A stretch of DNA of 64,000 nt from Thermoproteota archaeon. Lineage in GTDB: Archaea; Thermoproteota; Methanomethylicia; Methanomethylicales; Methanomethylicaceae. Shown in pieces: positions 28,886 through 39,217 of the stretch (positions are counted from its first letter, which is position 1; every line of letters begins with the position of its first letter). A program made the position numbers and the translations under genes. The DNA lies in contig JARXPF010000001.1 in the NCBI GenBank assembly GCA_029887765.1, forward strand, positions 64,488-128,487, in the 5' to 3' direction. The notes under the pieces are model-generated. The model was not told the DNA's origin. It was given only the letters and a program-made list of their open reading frames with translations, and did no database searches.

Positions 28886-30838
28886 TTATTTAGATAGTAA
28901 GTTTTTAAATTCATTATAAACTTTCTTTACTTCATCTATACTTGTCTCATCTTCAATTGTAGTTATATCTCCAATACTTCTATCTTCTACTATTGCACTA
29001 AGAACTCTTCTCATAATTTTTCCACTTCTAGTTTTTGGAAGTTTTTCTAAGAAGTAAATAGTGTGTGGAGTAGCTATTGAACCTATAGTCTCTCTTATGT
29101 GTTTAATAAGCTCCATTCTTAATTGAGGAGATGGTTCATGACCAGGACGAAGTACAATAAAAGCGACTGGTACTTGCATCTTTACTGGATCAGATTTTCC
29201 TACAACTGCAGCTTCAGCAACTGCCTTATGTGAAAGAAAAGCAGCTTCTAATTCTGCAGTACCTATTCTATGACCTGCTACTTTCAATACTTCATCAGCT
29301 CTACCAAGAAGCCAGAAATAGCCATCATCGTCTTTAACAGCAAAATCTCCAGTGTAATAAACCCCTGGAAAGCGCTTATAATAAGTATTTATAAATCTTT
29401 CTTCATCTCCCCATATATTAATAAGACAGCCTGGCCATGGCTTTGTTATAACTAAATATCCTTTTTCACCCGGCTTGGCTGGTTTTCCATCTTCACGAAA
29501 TACATCAGCTTCAACACCAGGTAGTGGTAATGTAGCAGATCCTGGCTTTAGTGGAACTAATGCCAATCCTGGTTGAGGTGAAATCATTATTCCACCAGTT
29601 TCTGTTTGCCACCAAGTATCAACAATTGGTGTTCTCTCTTGACCTACATATTTATAGTACCAATTCCAAACTTCAGGATTAATAGGCTCGCCCACACTTC
29701 CAAGAATTCTAAGTGATGATAAATCATGACGTTTTATCCATTCTTCACCATATTTCATATGCATTCTTATTGCTGTAGGTGAAGTGTAAAGTATTGTAAC
29801 ACCATAATCTTCAATTATTGACCACCATCTATCAGGCCTTGGATAATCTGGTGCACCTTCATAAATAATAGAAGTTAGTCCCATTAGTAGTGGACCATAA
29901 ACCACGTATGTATGTCCCGTAATCCATCCAATATCTGCAGTACACCAGAAAATATCTTTATCATTAACATCAAATACTGTTTTTAAAGTAAAGTATGCCC
30001 ATACCATATAACCACCAGTACTATGAGTAATTCCTTTTGGTTTTCCAGTAGTTCCTGATGTATAAAGTATGAAACTAGGATGAATTCCTTCAACTTTCTC
30101 AGGTTCTATATATGGAATAGTACTTGGGGCAAGTTCATAATACCAATAATCTCTATCTTCTATAATATTTACATCATTACCTGCTCTTCTTATTATTAAA
30201 ACTTTTTCAACACTTTTAGTATGATTAAGAGCATCATCTACAATACTTTTTGTATCAATTAAACGACCTCTCCTAAAAGCACCATCTGTAGTTATTACAA
30301 TCCTACTTTGACAATCATTAATTCTATCAGCTAAAGCATGAGAAGCAAATCCACTAAATACAACAGAATGAATAGCACCCAGTCTTACTGTAGCAAGCAT
30401 AGCAATAGGAAGTTCTGGAATCATTGGCATGTAAATTGTGACTCTATCTCCTTTTTTAATACCTAAATTCCTTAATACATAAGCAAATCGATTAACTTCT
30501 TTATATAAATCATAATAAGTAAGCGTTCTTCTTTCTCCACTTTCACTTTCCCAATAATATGCTACTTTATTCTTTCTCCAACTTTCTATATGTCTATCTA
30601 ATGCATTATATGAAATGTTTGTCTTCCATTGTTTAAACCAATAAGCATATGGAGGAGATTCTTTTGGTTCATAAGCAGGTCCATTTTTTTCATACCAAAA
30701 TAAATCTTCAGCTATTTTACGCCAAAAAGATTCAGGATCTTCTATACTTCTTTTATAAATTGACTTTAATATATTAACATCTGGATGAATATTTTTTGAA
30801 AGTGGGAGAGCTTTTATTTCTTCTATTATTTCTTCCAT
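28886..30838 (-). CDS. acs: Acetate--CoA ligase (AMP-forming)
   Basis: YTSGTTGKPKG, DTWWQTETGG, GRADEV, LPKTRSGKIMRR. Confidence 0.96.
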   Translation of the reverse strand: MEEIIEEIKALPLSKNIHPDVNILKSIYKRSIEDPESFWRKIAEDLFWYEKNGPAYEPKESPPYAYWFKQWKTNISYNALDRHIESWRKNKVAYYWESESGERRTLTYYDLYKEVNRFAYVLRNLGIKKGDRVTIYMPMIPELPIAMLATVRLGAIHSVVFSGFASHALADRINDCQSRIVITTDGAFRRGRLIDTKSIVDDALNHTKSVEKVLIIRRAGNDVNIIEDRDYWYYELAPSTIPYIEPEKVEGIHPSFILYTSGTTGKPKGITHSTGGYMVWAYFTLKTVFDVNDKDIFWCTADIGWITGHTYVVYGPLLMGLTSIIYEGAPDYPRPDRWWSIIEDYGVTILYTSPTAIRMHMKYGEEWIKRHDLSSLRILGSVGEPINPEVWNWYYKYVGQERTPIVDTWWQTETGGIMISPQPGLALVPLKPGSATLPLPGVEADVFREDGKPAKPGEKGYLVITKPWPGCLINIWGDEERFINTYYKRFPGVYYTGDFAVKDDDGYFWLLGRADEVLKVAGHRIGTAELEAAFLSHKAVAEAAVVGKSDPVKMQVPVAFIVLRPGHEPSPQLRMELIKHIRETIGSIATPHTIYFLEKLPKTRSGKIMRRVLSAIVEDRSIGDITTIEDETSIDEVKKVYNEFKNLLSK

Positions 30839-31033
30839 AATAGCCCACCTTTTACAATATTATAATATTATTTTTACATTATTCTTAAATATATTATATT
30901 TTTGGCAAATAGTATATTTCATAAAGAAAAATGAAAGTAAATAACTAGTATTTAAATTTTTTTTATAACTATAATTATTAATAATTATAAAAATATAAAT
31001 TATAGATGAAGTATTTACTCTTGGGATGGAACA

Positions 31034-32635
31034 TTGCGAAAAATATGTTTTTCATTTCTTAAAGAAAAAAATGGAAAATTGTTTCCTCTTCCAGATGTTG
31101 CAGAAGATGTAATATCACTTATGAAAGCTTTTAACATACTTGATAATAAATTTAAAACAATTATTGGATTTTTAAATGATGATAGTATTGAAAAAATAGA
31201 ATTGTTTTACAAAATTTACTATCCAGTTTATATAGTAAAAATGGAAAATATGATTTTGTGTATTGATGCTTTAGATTTACAGAAAACAAAGATTATTAAT
31301 TTTCTTGATTCAAATGGACATAATCAAAAGATATATGAATTTGCACTTTTGAGAGTAAAGGACTTGCTAGATTGGGAGTGTGCAACTTTTGAAGGAGAAA
31401 TAGATGATGGATTTGCTATTCCATATTTATTAAAAAAAGAAGATGCTATTTTGATTGCAAAAGAAGTTATTATAATTTATAAATCTTTAAAAGAAAAAAT
31501 AGAAAATTTGAAGAAAGAGAAAATAAAAGAAGAAGAAGAATTTCAAAAAAATATTCAAGCTATAGAAGAAGAAAGAAAGAAAATAGAAAAGGAATTTGAA
31601 GAAGAAATATGTGAAAAAAGAAAAAAAGTTGAAAAACTTCTTAGTACTTATGAAAAAGAAGCTATTAAAAAAATTCATGAAAATTATAGAAAACAAAAAC
31701 AATTACTTGAAAGTAAGAAAAGAGAATTCAAAGAATTACTTGATTGTTTACAGAAAGAATTGATAAAAACAGATGAAGAAATTTTGGAATTGAAGAGAAG
31801 CTTAAATGATATAAAGAGAAAACTTTTCGATTTAAATAAAAAAAGAGAAGAAATAATAACTAAAGAAAAATCTGAAAATAAATTTAATGAAATAAAAAAA
31901 GTTTTAGAAGTTTTGGAAAAAAGCAATGTTTCTATAAATGAGTTAAGGGCTTTGGAGGAGGAAAAATTAAGGAAATTAGATAATTTGGAAAAAATGCAAG
32001 ATAGAGTAAAAAGTAAAATTGAAGAAATTAAAGAAATTATTTCTAGATTAATAAACAATATTAATGATATACCTATAAGAGAAGAATTAGAATGTAGAAA
32101 AGCAAAAGAAGAATTTCTAAAAAATAGAATAAATTTAATTAATGAATTAAATTTATTATTAGAAGAAAGAAATAAAAAATTATATGAATATTATATAAAA
32201 GAAGAAATTTTAAAATTTGAGTTTAACTTAATTAAAAATAAAATTAATGAAAGTTTACAACTATTAGAAGATAATAAGAAAAAATTAGAAAAATACATAT
32301 TGATAACAAATAATGAAATAGAAGATAATATAGAATTATTATATGTACCTTTCTATTTAATATTCAAAGAAAATGATGTAAAAATAATTGAACCAATTAT
32401 AATATTGAAAAATAGAGGGAAATCAGAACATATAAAATTAGGATTAGATTCAGAAATTGTAAAATTTGCTTTAATAAAACATCTTCCCTTACTTATTTTT
32501 GAAGCAAAGGATGTATTTAATATATTGAATAAAAGAAATAAAGATAGAATATTGCAAGGAATTTCCATATTGAAAAATAAAAAAGCAATTAATAAGCTTC
32601 AGGAGGATATACTATTAAGACGAATTGAGGTGTAA
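31034..32635 (+). CDS. Long coiled-coil hypothetical protein
   Basis: About 270-aa E/K-rich heptad region flanked by globular ends; no Walker motifs. Confidence 0.6.
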   Translation: MRKICFSFLKEKNGKLFPLPDVAEDVISLMKAFNILDNKFKTIIGFLNDDSIEKIELFYKIYYPVYIVKMENMILCIDALDLQKTKIINFLDSNGHNQKIYEFALLRVKDLLDWECATFEGEIDDGFAIPYLLKKEDAILIAKEVIIIYKSLKEKIENLKKEKIKEEEEFQKNIQAIEEERKKIEKEFEEEICEKRKKVEKLLSTYEKEAIKKIHENYRKQKQLLESKKREFKELLDCLQKELIKTDEEILELKRSLNDIKRKLFDLNKKREEIITKEKSENKFNEIKKVLEVLEKSNVSINELRALEEEKLRKLDNLEKMQDRVKSKIEEIKEIISRLINNINDIPIREELECRKAKEEFLKNRINLINELNLLLEERNKKLYEYYIKEEILKFEFNLIKNKINESLQLLEDNKKKLEKYILITNNEIEDNIELLYVPFYLIFKENDVKIIEPIIILKNRGKSEHIKLGLDSEIVKFALIKHLPLLIFEAKDVFNILNKRNKDRILQGISILKNKKAINKLQEDILLRRIEV

Positions 32636-32637
32636 AT

Positions 32638-33927
32638 GTGAAGATACTTTATGTAAGTCAGTCTTTTTTCCCAAGTACAGGAGGAGTATCTTATTACTTA
32701 ATATGGCTTGCAAGAAAATTAAGGGAAATGAATCATGAAATTCTTTTCATAAATTTAGGATTCCCAAATTCATTAGAAATAGAAGAAATAGAAGGTTTCA
32801 AAGTTTATAGAGTATGGGGATATGAAAAAATTTCAAAAGAGATTTTAGATGAATATAGTAAGTTTAAGGAGCTTATTTTAAAAGTATTTCATGATAGAGA
32901 TGTTCCAATTAATCGACTGTATAATAAGCATTTATATGGCTACAATGGTTATATAGCAGTAAATAGACTATTTGAAAAATTAATAAGAAAAGTAATAGCA
33001 GAAGAAAAACCAGATATTCTTCATATACATGATTTTCAATTATTACCATTAGGAGAAATACTTTATGATATTAATTTACCAAAACTTTTTACTTGGCATA
33101 TTCCATTTACAGAAAAAGCAGATTTAGCTTGGAAGAATTTTATAATAAGTTATTTGAGAAAGTATGATTACTGTATTTTTTCAACAAAACCTTATATTTG
33201 CGCTGCATTAAGAGGAGGACTTGAATGGAACAAAGTTGTATACATTCCTCCATTTATAGAAGTCGAGGATTCAAATTTTGATTTTAGAAAAGCTTATGGT
33301 GTAAATGAAGATGAAAAATTAATTTTATGTGTTGCAAGAATTGATAAATTAAAAGGACAAGATATACTAATAGATGCTGCATCTAAATTAAAAATAAAAT
33401 TTAAAACAGTATTTATAGGAAATGGTTCTCTTAGTAAAGAAGTATTAAAAATAAAAGAAAAAGAAGAATATTTAAAAGAATTACAAAGAATTGTATCATT
33501 AAGAAAGATTAAAGATAAAGTGATTTTTACAGGTAATGTATCAAGAGAAGTTTTAATGGCTGCTTATAAAACATGTGATGTAGTAGTTTTACCATCAATT
33601 CAAGAAGGATTTGGACTTGCCATAACTGAAGGCATGGCTTTTGGAAAGCCAGTAATAGGAAGTTGTGTTGGAGGAATACCTGCTCAAATATGGCCAGGAA
33701 TAAATGGATTTCTAGTACCACCTGGAGATTCAAAAGCATTAGCCAATTGTTTAGAATATATTTTAATGAATGATGATATTGCTAAGAAAATGGGTAAGGA
33801 AAGTAGAAAAATATTTGAAAGATTCTTTTCTTCAGAAAGAGGAGCAAGGGATCATATTATGTTATATGAAAAAGTGCTTGAAGGAGAAAGAAACCATGAA
33901 TATAGATATTGTAGTAATGGACTATGA
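32638..33927 (+). CDS. GT-B glycosyltransferase (GT4; trehalose/trehalose-phosphate synthase-like)
   Basis: HIHDFQL, WHIPF, ARIDKLKG, EGFGLAITEGMA, VGGIPAQI. Confidence 0.85.
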   Translation: MKILYVSQSFFPSTGGVSYYLIWLARKLREMNHEILFINLGFPNSLEIEEIEGFKVYRVWGYEKISKEILDEYSKFKELILKVFHDRDVPINRLYNKHLYGYNGYIAVNRLFEKLIRKVIAEEKPDILHIHDFQLLPLGEILYDINLPKLFTWHIPFTEKADLAWKNFIISYLRKYDYCIFSTKPYICAALRGGLEWNKVVYIPPFIEVEDSNFDFRKAYGVNEDEKLILCVARIDKLKGQDILIDAASKLKIKFKTVFIGNGSLSKEVLKIKEKEEYLKELQRIVSLRKIKDKVIFTGNVSREVLMAAYKTCDVVVLPSIQEGFGLAITEGMAFGKPVIGSCVGGIPAQIWPGINGFLVPPGDSKALANCLEYILMNDDIAKKMGKESRKIFERFFSSERGARDHIMLYEKVLEGERNHEYRYCSNGL

Positions 33928-34558
33928 TAGAACAATTGCTGATGAAGAAAGTTTAATGATAAATGAAGAATTAAAAAGTTTTTTAAAGATAATTCCACAA
34001 AAGAAAATCTTAGCAACTGGAAGAACTTTGAATAATATACCAGATAAAAGTGTTTTTAAAATATTTGATGCTATTGTTGCTGAAAATGGAACTGTAGTTG
34101 TTATTAATGGAGTTAAGGAAATACTTCCAAATAAAAATTGGAATATATTAAAAGAATTGATTATAAAAGCTTCAGAAAAAAGAAATTTAAAATTATTATA
34201 TGGTGAAGTAATTATTTTTGGTAGAATAGAGGATTATGAAAAAACTTTAGATTTATTAGAAAAAGAAGGAATGTTGAAAGAAATTTTTATTGATTTTAAT
34301 AAAAATAACTTTATGATCTTACCTAAATACTGGAATAAAGGAAAAGGAGTAAAAATAGTAATTGAAAAAATAGGAGGAGGTAAAGTAATGGCAATAGGAG
34401 ATGAATTAAATGATTTATCACTTTTTGAAATTGCTGATATTAAAGTAGCAGTAAGTAATGCAATTCCTGAAGTTAAAAGTAAAGCAGATATAATATGTGA
34501 AGAAAAGAATGGAAAAGGAGTATTACAAATTTTAAAAAAATATTTGAGGTGTAAATAA
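33896..34558 (+). CDS. HAD-superfamily phosphatase (Cof / subfamily IIB)
   Basis: Start at ATG 33896; DYDRT, ATGR, AENG, NKGKG, GDELND. Confidence 0.88.
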   Translation: MNIDIVVMDYDRTIADEESLMINEELKSFLKIIPQKKILATGRTLNNIPDKSVFKIFDAIVAENGTVVVINGVKEILPNKNWNILKELIIKASEKRNLKLLYGEVIIFGRIEDYEKTLDLLEKEGMLKEIFIDFNKNNFMILPKYWNKGKGVKIVIEKIGGGKVMAIGDELNDLSLFEIADIKVAVSNAIPEVKSKADIICEEKNGKGVLQILKKYLRCK

Positions 34559-35817
34559 TGAAAACATCAAGATTACCTGGATTTTATAAAATGAATATAG
34601 AGGAAAGAAGAAGAATTTTAAAAGAGTTTGCTAATTTAACAGATGAAGAAATAAAGCTACTAGATAATGGACTTGAAATATCATTAGCTGATAAAATGGT
34701 GGAAAATGTTGTAGGAACAATTCAAATACCTTTAGGAATAGCAGTTAATTTTAGAATTAATGGAAAAGATTATTTAATACCAATGGCAACTGAAGAGCCT
34801 TCAGTTATTGCTGCAGCAAGTCATGCTGCAAAATTAGCACTTCCTGATGGATTCATAGCAGAAAGTACAGATTCTATAATGAGAGGACAAATTCAAGTAT
34901 TAAATGTTTCAAATCCAGAAAAAGCGATTAATGAACTTTTAAAATATAAATTTGAATTAATAGATAGAGCAAATTCATTTGTTAAGAGTTTAGTTACAGT
35001 AGGAGGAGGAGTTAGAGATTTAAATGCTAGAATTGTAGGTCCAAAAGAAGATGAAATGTTAATAGTGGAATTTTTTGTTGATTGTAAAGATGCTATGGGA
35101 GCGAATACAGTCAATACTATAGTTGAAAAAATGGCACCATATATTGAATCAATAACTGAAGGAAAAGTACTTTTAAGAATTTTATCAAACTTAGCCACTG
35201 AAAGAATAGCTAGAGCAAAAGTAGTATACAAAAGAAGTGTAATTGGAGAAGATGTTGTAGAAAATATAATAAAAGCATATAAACTTGCATATTATGATGT
35301 TTATAGAGCTACTACACATAATAAGGGAATTATGAATGGAATTATAGCTGTAGCTTTAGCAACTGCAAATGATACAAGAGCTATAGAAGCAGGAGCTCAT
35401 GCTTATGCTTCTTTATCAGGGAGATATCTTCCACTATCAAAATGGTATAAAAATAAAGAAGGGGATCTTGTAGGAGAACTTGAATTACCTTTAGCAGTTG
35501 GTACTGTGGGTGGTGCTATTGGAGCAAATCCTATTGCTAAACTATGCTTAAAGATTTTAGGCATTAAGACTTCTAAGGAATTGGCTGAAGTAATGTGCTC
35601 TGTTGGATTGGCTCAAAATTTTGCTGCACTAAGAGCTTTAGTTACTGAAGGTATACAAAGGGGACATATGGAGCTCCATGCAAGAAATATAGCCATTATG
35701 GCAGGAGCAAAAGGAGATTTAATAGATAAAATTGCAGAAATATTAGTAAAGGAAGATAAGATAACCATAGAAAGAGCAAAGGAAATTTTAGAATCAATTA
35801 AAAATAATTCTCAATAA
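34558..35817 (+). CDS. mvaA: Hydroxymethylglutaryl-CoA reductase, class II
   Basis: MVENVVG, PMATEEPSV, DAMGAN, THNKGIMNG, GIQRGHMELH. Confidence 0.93.
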   Translation: MKTSRLPGFYKMNIEERRRILKEFANLTDEEIKLLDNGLEISLADKMVENVVGTIQIPLGIAVNFRINGKDYLIPMATEEPSVIAAASHAAKLALPDGFIAESTDSIMRGQIQVLNVSNPEKAINELLKYKFELIDRANSFVKSLVTVGGGVRDLNARIVGPKEDEMLIVEFFVDCKDAMGANTVNTIVEKMAPYIESITEGKVLLRILSNLATERIARAKVVYKRSVIGEDVVENIIKAYKLAYYDVYRATTHNKGIMNGIIAVALATANDTRAIEAGAHAYASLSGRYLPLSKWYKNKEGDLVGELELPLAVGTVGGAIGANPIAKLCLKILGIKTSKELAEVMCSVGLAQNFAALRALVTEGIQRGHMELHARNIAIMAGAKGDLIDKIAEILVKEDKITIERAKEILESIKNNSQ

Positions 35818-36030
35818 ATATTAGTTATGATTTTTTAATAATTTCAATGATTTGATTATTTCCTTCATAGTTTTCTCCTATAATAATATATCATTATGTA
35901 CTTTTCTGAAGTTTATAATCTAGGTCTAAGGCTAATATCAAATAATATCAATAATCATTAAGAAAATTCCTTAAAATTATTTTGATTTAATATCTCTACC
36001 ATAGATTTTTATATCTATAGTTTATAGATA

Positions 36031-36270
36031 ATGATTGTGGAAAAAAAGAAATATCTAATGCCCATACCTGCTGGAACGCCTTATTCTATAATATCTGAAG
36101 CTGTAAATAAGTTTGGAGTAGAACTTACTGAAGTACCAATAAAAGAAGCTATGATAGATGATGGAAATCCTCCAATGATGTGGGTATTGAAAGGAGATTA
36201 TGAAAATCTTGTAAAAGCTAAGGAATTTATAATAGAAAAATTAAAGGAAGTTTTAAAGAAGTTTGAATAA
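36031..36270 (+). CDS. Small hypothetical protein
   Basis: 79-aa ORF with typical codon usage and an upstream TTTATA box. Confidence 0.7.
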   Translation: MIVEKKKYLMPIPAGTPYSIISEAVNKFGVELTEVPIKEAMIDDGNPPMMWVLKGDYENLVKAKEFIIEKLKEVLKKFE

Positions 36271-36272
36271 TA

Positions 36273-36710
36273 TTAATGTAATGAGGATAAAAATTTCTTA
36301 ATTTTATTTACCATAATTTTTGCTTCTTCTTCTGTAGATGGATAAGGTACAACAATATAAGGAATGCCTCTCTGTTTTACTAAATATATTAAAAATTCAT
36401 TAGCTCTTGCACAACTTGTACATCCAAAACCAATCTCTGGATCATCAATTATTATTGCTGCATCTGCTTCTTCAATTATTGGACCAATTAATGCCAGTCT
36501 ACCTCTAACACCAGAAGGAACTTCTATGGCTACATACTTTAATCCTCTTCTAGGAAATTCAGGAGTTATGTTCATTGGAGGAGAGTCTATTTCTGGTTTA
36601 TTCACATTTTTTGAAACTTCTTCTCCTAATCCTAATGGAGTATGCCCAAATCTTTTAACTAAATCAAATAAAATAATACTATTTGGAGGAAATATGAATA
36701 CTTTAGCCAC
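36273..36710 (-). CDS. mmp5: Methanogenesis marker protein 5
   Basis: KVFIFPPNSIILFDLVKRFGH, DSPPMNIT, EVPSGVRGR, FGCTSCARANE. Confidence 0.92.
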   Translation of the reverse strand: MAKVFIFPPNSIILFDLVKRFGHTPLGLGEEVSKNVNKPEIDSPPMNITPEFPRRGLKYVAIEVPSGVRGRLALIGPIIEEADAAIIIDDPEIGFGCTSCARANEFLIYLVKQRGIPYIVVPYPSTEEEAKIMVNKIKKFLSSLH

Positions 36711-37350
36711 TTAATTTCACAACTCCTTCTTCTATTTTATTTAACCAAAATCTTACTTTTAATATTATTTCATTTAATTTATCTCTTTGAATACTCACTC
36801 CTCTAACTACACCAGTAACAATATCCACAATTATTCCAAGACATTCTACTTTATCAGGAGGTGGACGAACTATCCTTGTAATTATACCAACTTTTGCAAA
36901 ATCTTCATAATCCACAGGTGCTTCACAAACAATAATAACAGGAATATCAATATATCTTAAAAAAGTTCTTGCTTTATATACAACATGACCTAATATACCA
37001 CCTAAATGAAGAATTGCAAGTTTGAATCTTTTTATTTGAAGAATTTCTTTTTCATTTATTCCTGCCATTGTTCCTCCTGGTGCTCCACCATATGGTGAAT
37101 CAGGAGGTACGCCTGATCCTGATTCTAATACTAATACACTAGTCCTTATGCCTTGTTCTCTAAGTCCATAAGTTATTTCACATATTGGTTTTGTAATATG
37201 CCTCTTAGAAGGAGACATAGCTATTGCAATAACATCGAATCGCTCAGATTCTGATATAGTTCCTCTTTGAGCTAAACCTCCACCTATACCAACTCCTTGT
37301 GCTTCTCTACAATCTACTATTTGCGAACTTCTTCCAATGATTCTTTCCAA
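36703..37350 (-). CDS. mcrC: Methyl-coenzyme M reductase operon protein C
   Basis: GRSSQIVDCRE..G.G.GGGLAQRGT, RHITKPICEIT, PVDYEDFA, IVTGVVRG. Confidence 0.95.
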   Translation of the reverse strand: MERIIGRSSQIVDCREAQGVGIGGGLAQRGTISESERFDVIAIAMSPSKRHITKPICEITYGLREQGIRTSVLVLESGSGVPPDSPYGGAPGGTMAGINEKEILQIKRFKLAILHLGGILGHVVYKARTFLRYIDIPVIIVCEAPVDYEDFAKVGIITRIVRPPPDKVECLGIIVDIVTGVVRGVSIQRDKLNEIILKVRFWLNKIEEGVVKLSG

Positions 37351-37670
37351 TAAACTGCACCCCTAATATAGTCTGAAACTGTGGGCCTTGGTTTTGTAAA
37401 CTTTCCTATTCTAATATCAAAGCCATATGGCATCATTTGTTCACAAATTGGAGTTATTTTTTCTATAACTTCCTCAGGGGTTACTCTATTAATTAGTAGA
37501 ATAAATCTTCCTACCAAATATCGCCCATCATAATATTTATGTTTATATAATAATACTTCGTTTATTAGACCTGTAGATTTAATTAAATTAACAAATTCCT
37601 CAGCTTTATCCATAGACATTAAACGTCTTGGCATTATTTCTATTTCTTGTTCACTCAATATAAGCACCAT
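37317..37670 (-). CDS. mcrD: Methyl-coenzyme M reductase operon protein D (short form)
   Basis: IEIMPRRLM...AEEFVN, VGRF, MPYGFDI..GKFTK.RPTVSDY; directly upstream of mcrC. Confidence 0.85.
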   Translation of the reverse strand: MVLILSEQEIEIMPRRLMSMDKAEEFVNLIKSTGLINEVLLYKHKYYDGRYLVGRFILLINRVTPEEVIEKITPICEQMMPYGFDIRIGKFTKPRPTVSDYIRGAVYWKESLEEVRK

Positions 37671-37714
37671 TTATAAATTAGATAATTCTGATAAATAATT
37701 GTTTGGTGTATTCT

Positions 37715-39217
37715 ATGAAAATAATAATTGATGGAAAGGAAGTTAATGTTCAAGAAGGTGTTACTATTAGAGATTTTTTACCTGAAAAGAAAAATGAATT
37801 CATTATAGCAGTTAAAAAAATAATTGATGTAAAAAGTGTTATTACAAATCTTTATGAAGTTATAACAACAAAAGGTAAAATGATAATAAAGTGGGAATGT
37901 GAAAAAGCATTAGATAAATGGAGACAAATTTATAAAAACTTTGAAGGATGTAAAGTAAGATGGGCAACAAATGAAGCCATAGCTTTTGGTCCTACAATTA
38001 CAAATTTTAAACCATCAATTAAAGAGGTTGAACTTAAGAAAAATGAAGTTACAATAAGTCTTTCTGGAATGAGTTCTGAAGAATCTCATTTAATATTTAG
38101 TAAAAAATTACATACTGGACTATATTTTCCCCCAAATGATGGAGATGTTATGGGAAGAGTTGTCTATGGAAAACATTTACTTGATTTTTTAAAAATAGGA
38201 GATATGATAAAGAAGATTTCTCCAATAATAGAGAAAAGAGGAGGATTTCAATTAATAAGAGCTAATTTGGATTATATACCAAATGATGGAGATGAAATTA
38301 TAACTAAGATGGAAATTAATTTAGATTATGAATCTCCTAAAAATGGAGAACATTTATACAATATGTTAGAAAATGGGTTTTTTGTTTCAAGAAAAACAAG
38401 TAGGTTCATAGCATATGATAAACAAGTAGTATCATTAGAAAGTGAAAAAATTGGAGTAAGAGAAAGAGGAATAGTTTCTATTAGAAATAATGGGAATAAA
38501 GCAGGTTCAATTTACATTTATATTAATAATGCCCCTATATCTATGAATCATACAATAGTAGGAAAAGTTGTAAGAGGATTAGAAATTGCTGATGTAGCTT
38601 TAGAAGGAGATAAAATAGATTTAGTAATAAATCCAATTAGAATAGAATTATTAGGAAGGACTCAAAAAGAAGCTTCATTAATTTTAGAAAAATTGGGAAT
38701 AAAACATATTAGAGATGGAGATGAAAGAGATGATGCAATAATAGTTGATCATTCACCATCAACAACTTTAGAAATTTTTAAGAAAAAAGAAGTAATTTGT
38801 AAAGGTGTACCCAAAGAAAGAATTTTGAAAATAAAATTATATAGAAATTTAGCACCATCAACTATTGATTATTTTGAGAAAGTTTCTAATATAAATATTA
38901 GAAAAATAGGAAAATTGAAAGTATTTTTTACAACAAAAGACGTAGTACTGTTTAAAGGAAATTTAGAATTAGGAAAGATATTATTACCTGAAAATATTCC
39001 AAAAGACTTTGTTTCTCCTGGAATTATAGGAGTGACTAATTCTGTGAAAAAATATTCAGGTATTATTGGAATAAGAATTTCTAAAAGTGATAGATTTGGT
39101 CCAACAGCTGAGGGATTTGAAGGTAGTAATATAATAGGTGAAGTAATAGAAGGATTAGAAAATTTGAAAAATGTTAAGGAAAATGATGAAGTTTATATTA
39201 TGGAGGTAGATAAATGA
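37715..39217 (+). CDS. mmp3: Methanogenesis marker protein 3 (cyclophilin-like)
   Basis: ThiS-like N-terminus, VRWAT..AIAFGP, RNNGNKAGSIYIY, GVTNSV, FGPTAEGF. Confidence 0.9.
   Translation: MKIIIDGKEVNVQEGVTIRDFLPEKKNEFIIAVKKIIDVKSVITNLYEVITTKGKMIIKWECEKALDKWRQIYKNFEGCKVRWATNEAIAFGPTITNFKPSIKEVELKKNEVTISLSGMSSEESHLIFSKKLHTGLYFPPNDGDVMGRVVYGKHLLDFLKIGDMIKKISPIIEKRGGFQLIRANLDYIPNDGDEIITKMEINLDYESPKNGEHLYNMLENGFFVSRKTSRFIAYDKQVVSLESEKIGVRERGIVSIRNNGNKAGSIYIYINNAPISMNHTIVGKVVRGLEIADVALEGDKIDLVINPIRIELLGRTQKEASLILEKLGIKHIRDGDERDDAIIVDHSPSTTLEIFKKKEVICKGVPKERILKIKLYRNLAPSTIDYFEKVSNINIRKIGKLKVFFTTKDVVLFKGNLELGKILLPENIPKDFVSPGIIGVTNSVKKYSGIIGIRISKSDRFGPTAEGFEGSNIIGEVIEGLENLKNVKENDEVYIMEVDK

Noticed and set aside
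31034-32635. SMC/Rad50 ATPase
   Set aside because: Coiled coil only; no Walker A/B, signature or zinc-hook motif
35818-36030. Possible pseudogene or small ORF in the 210-bp gap
   Set aside because: The minus-strand frames I translated close within about 20 codons and show no recognisable similarity
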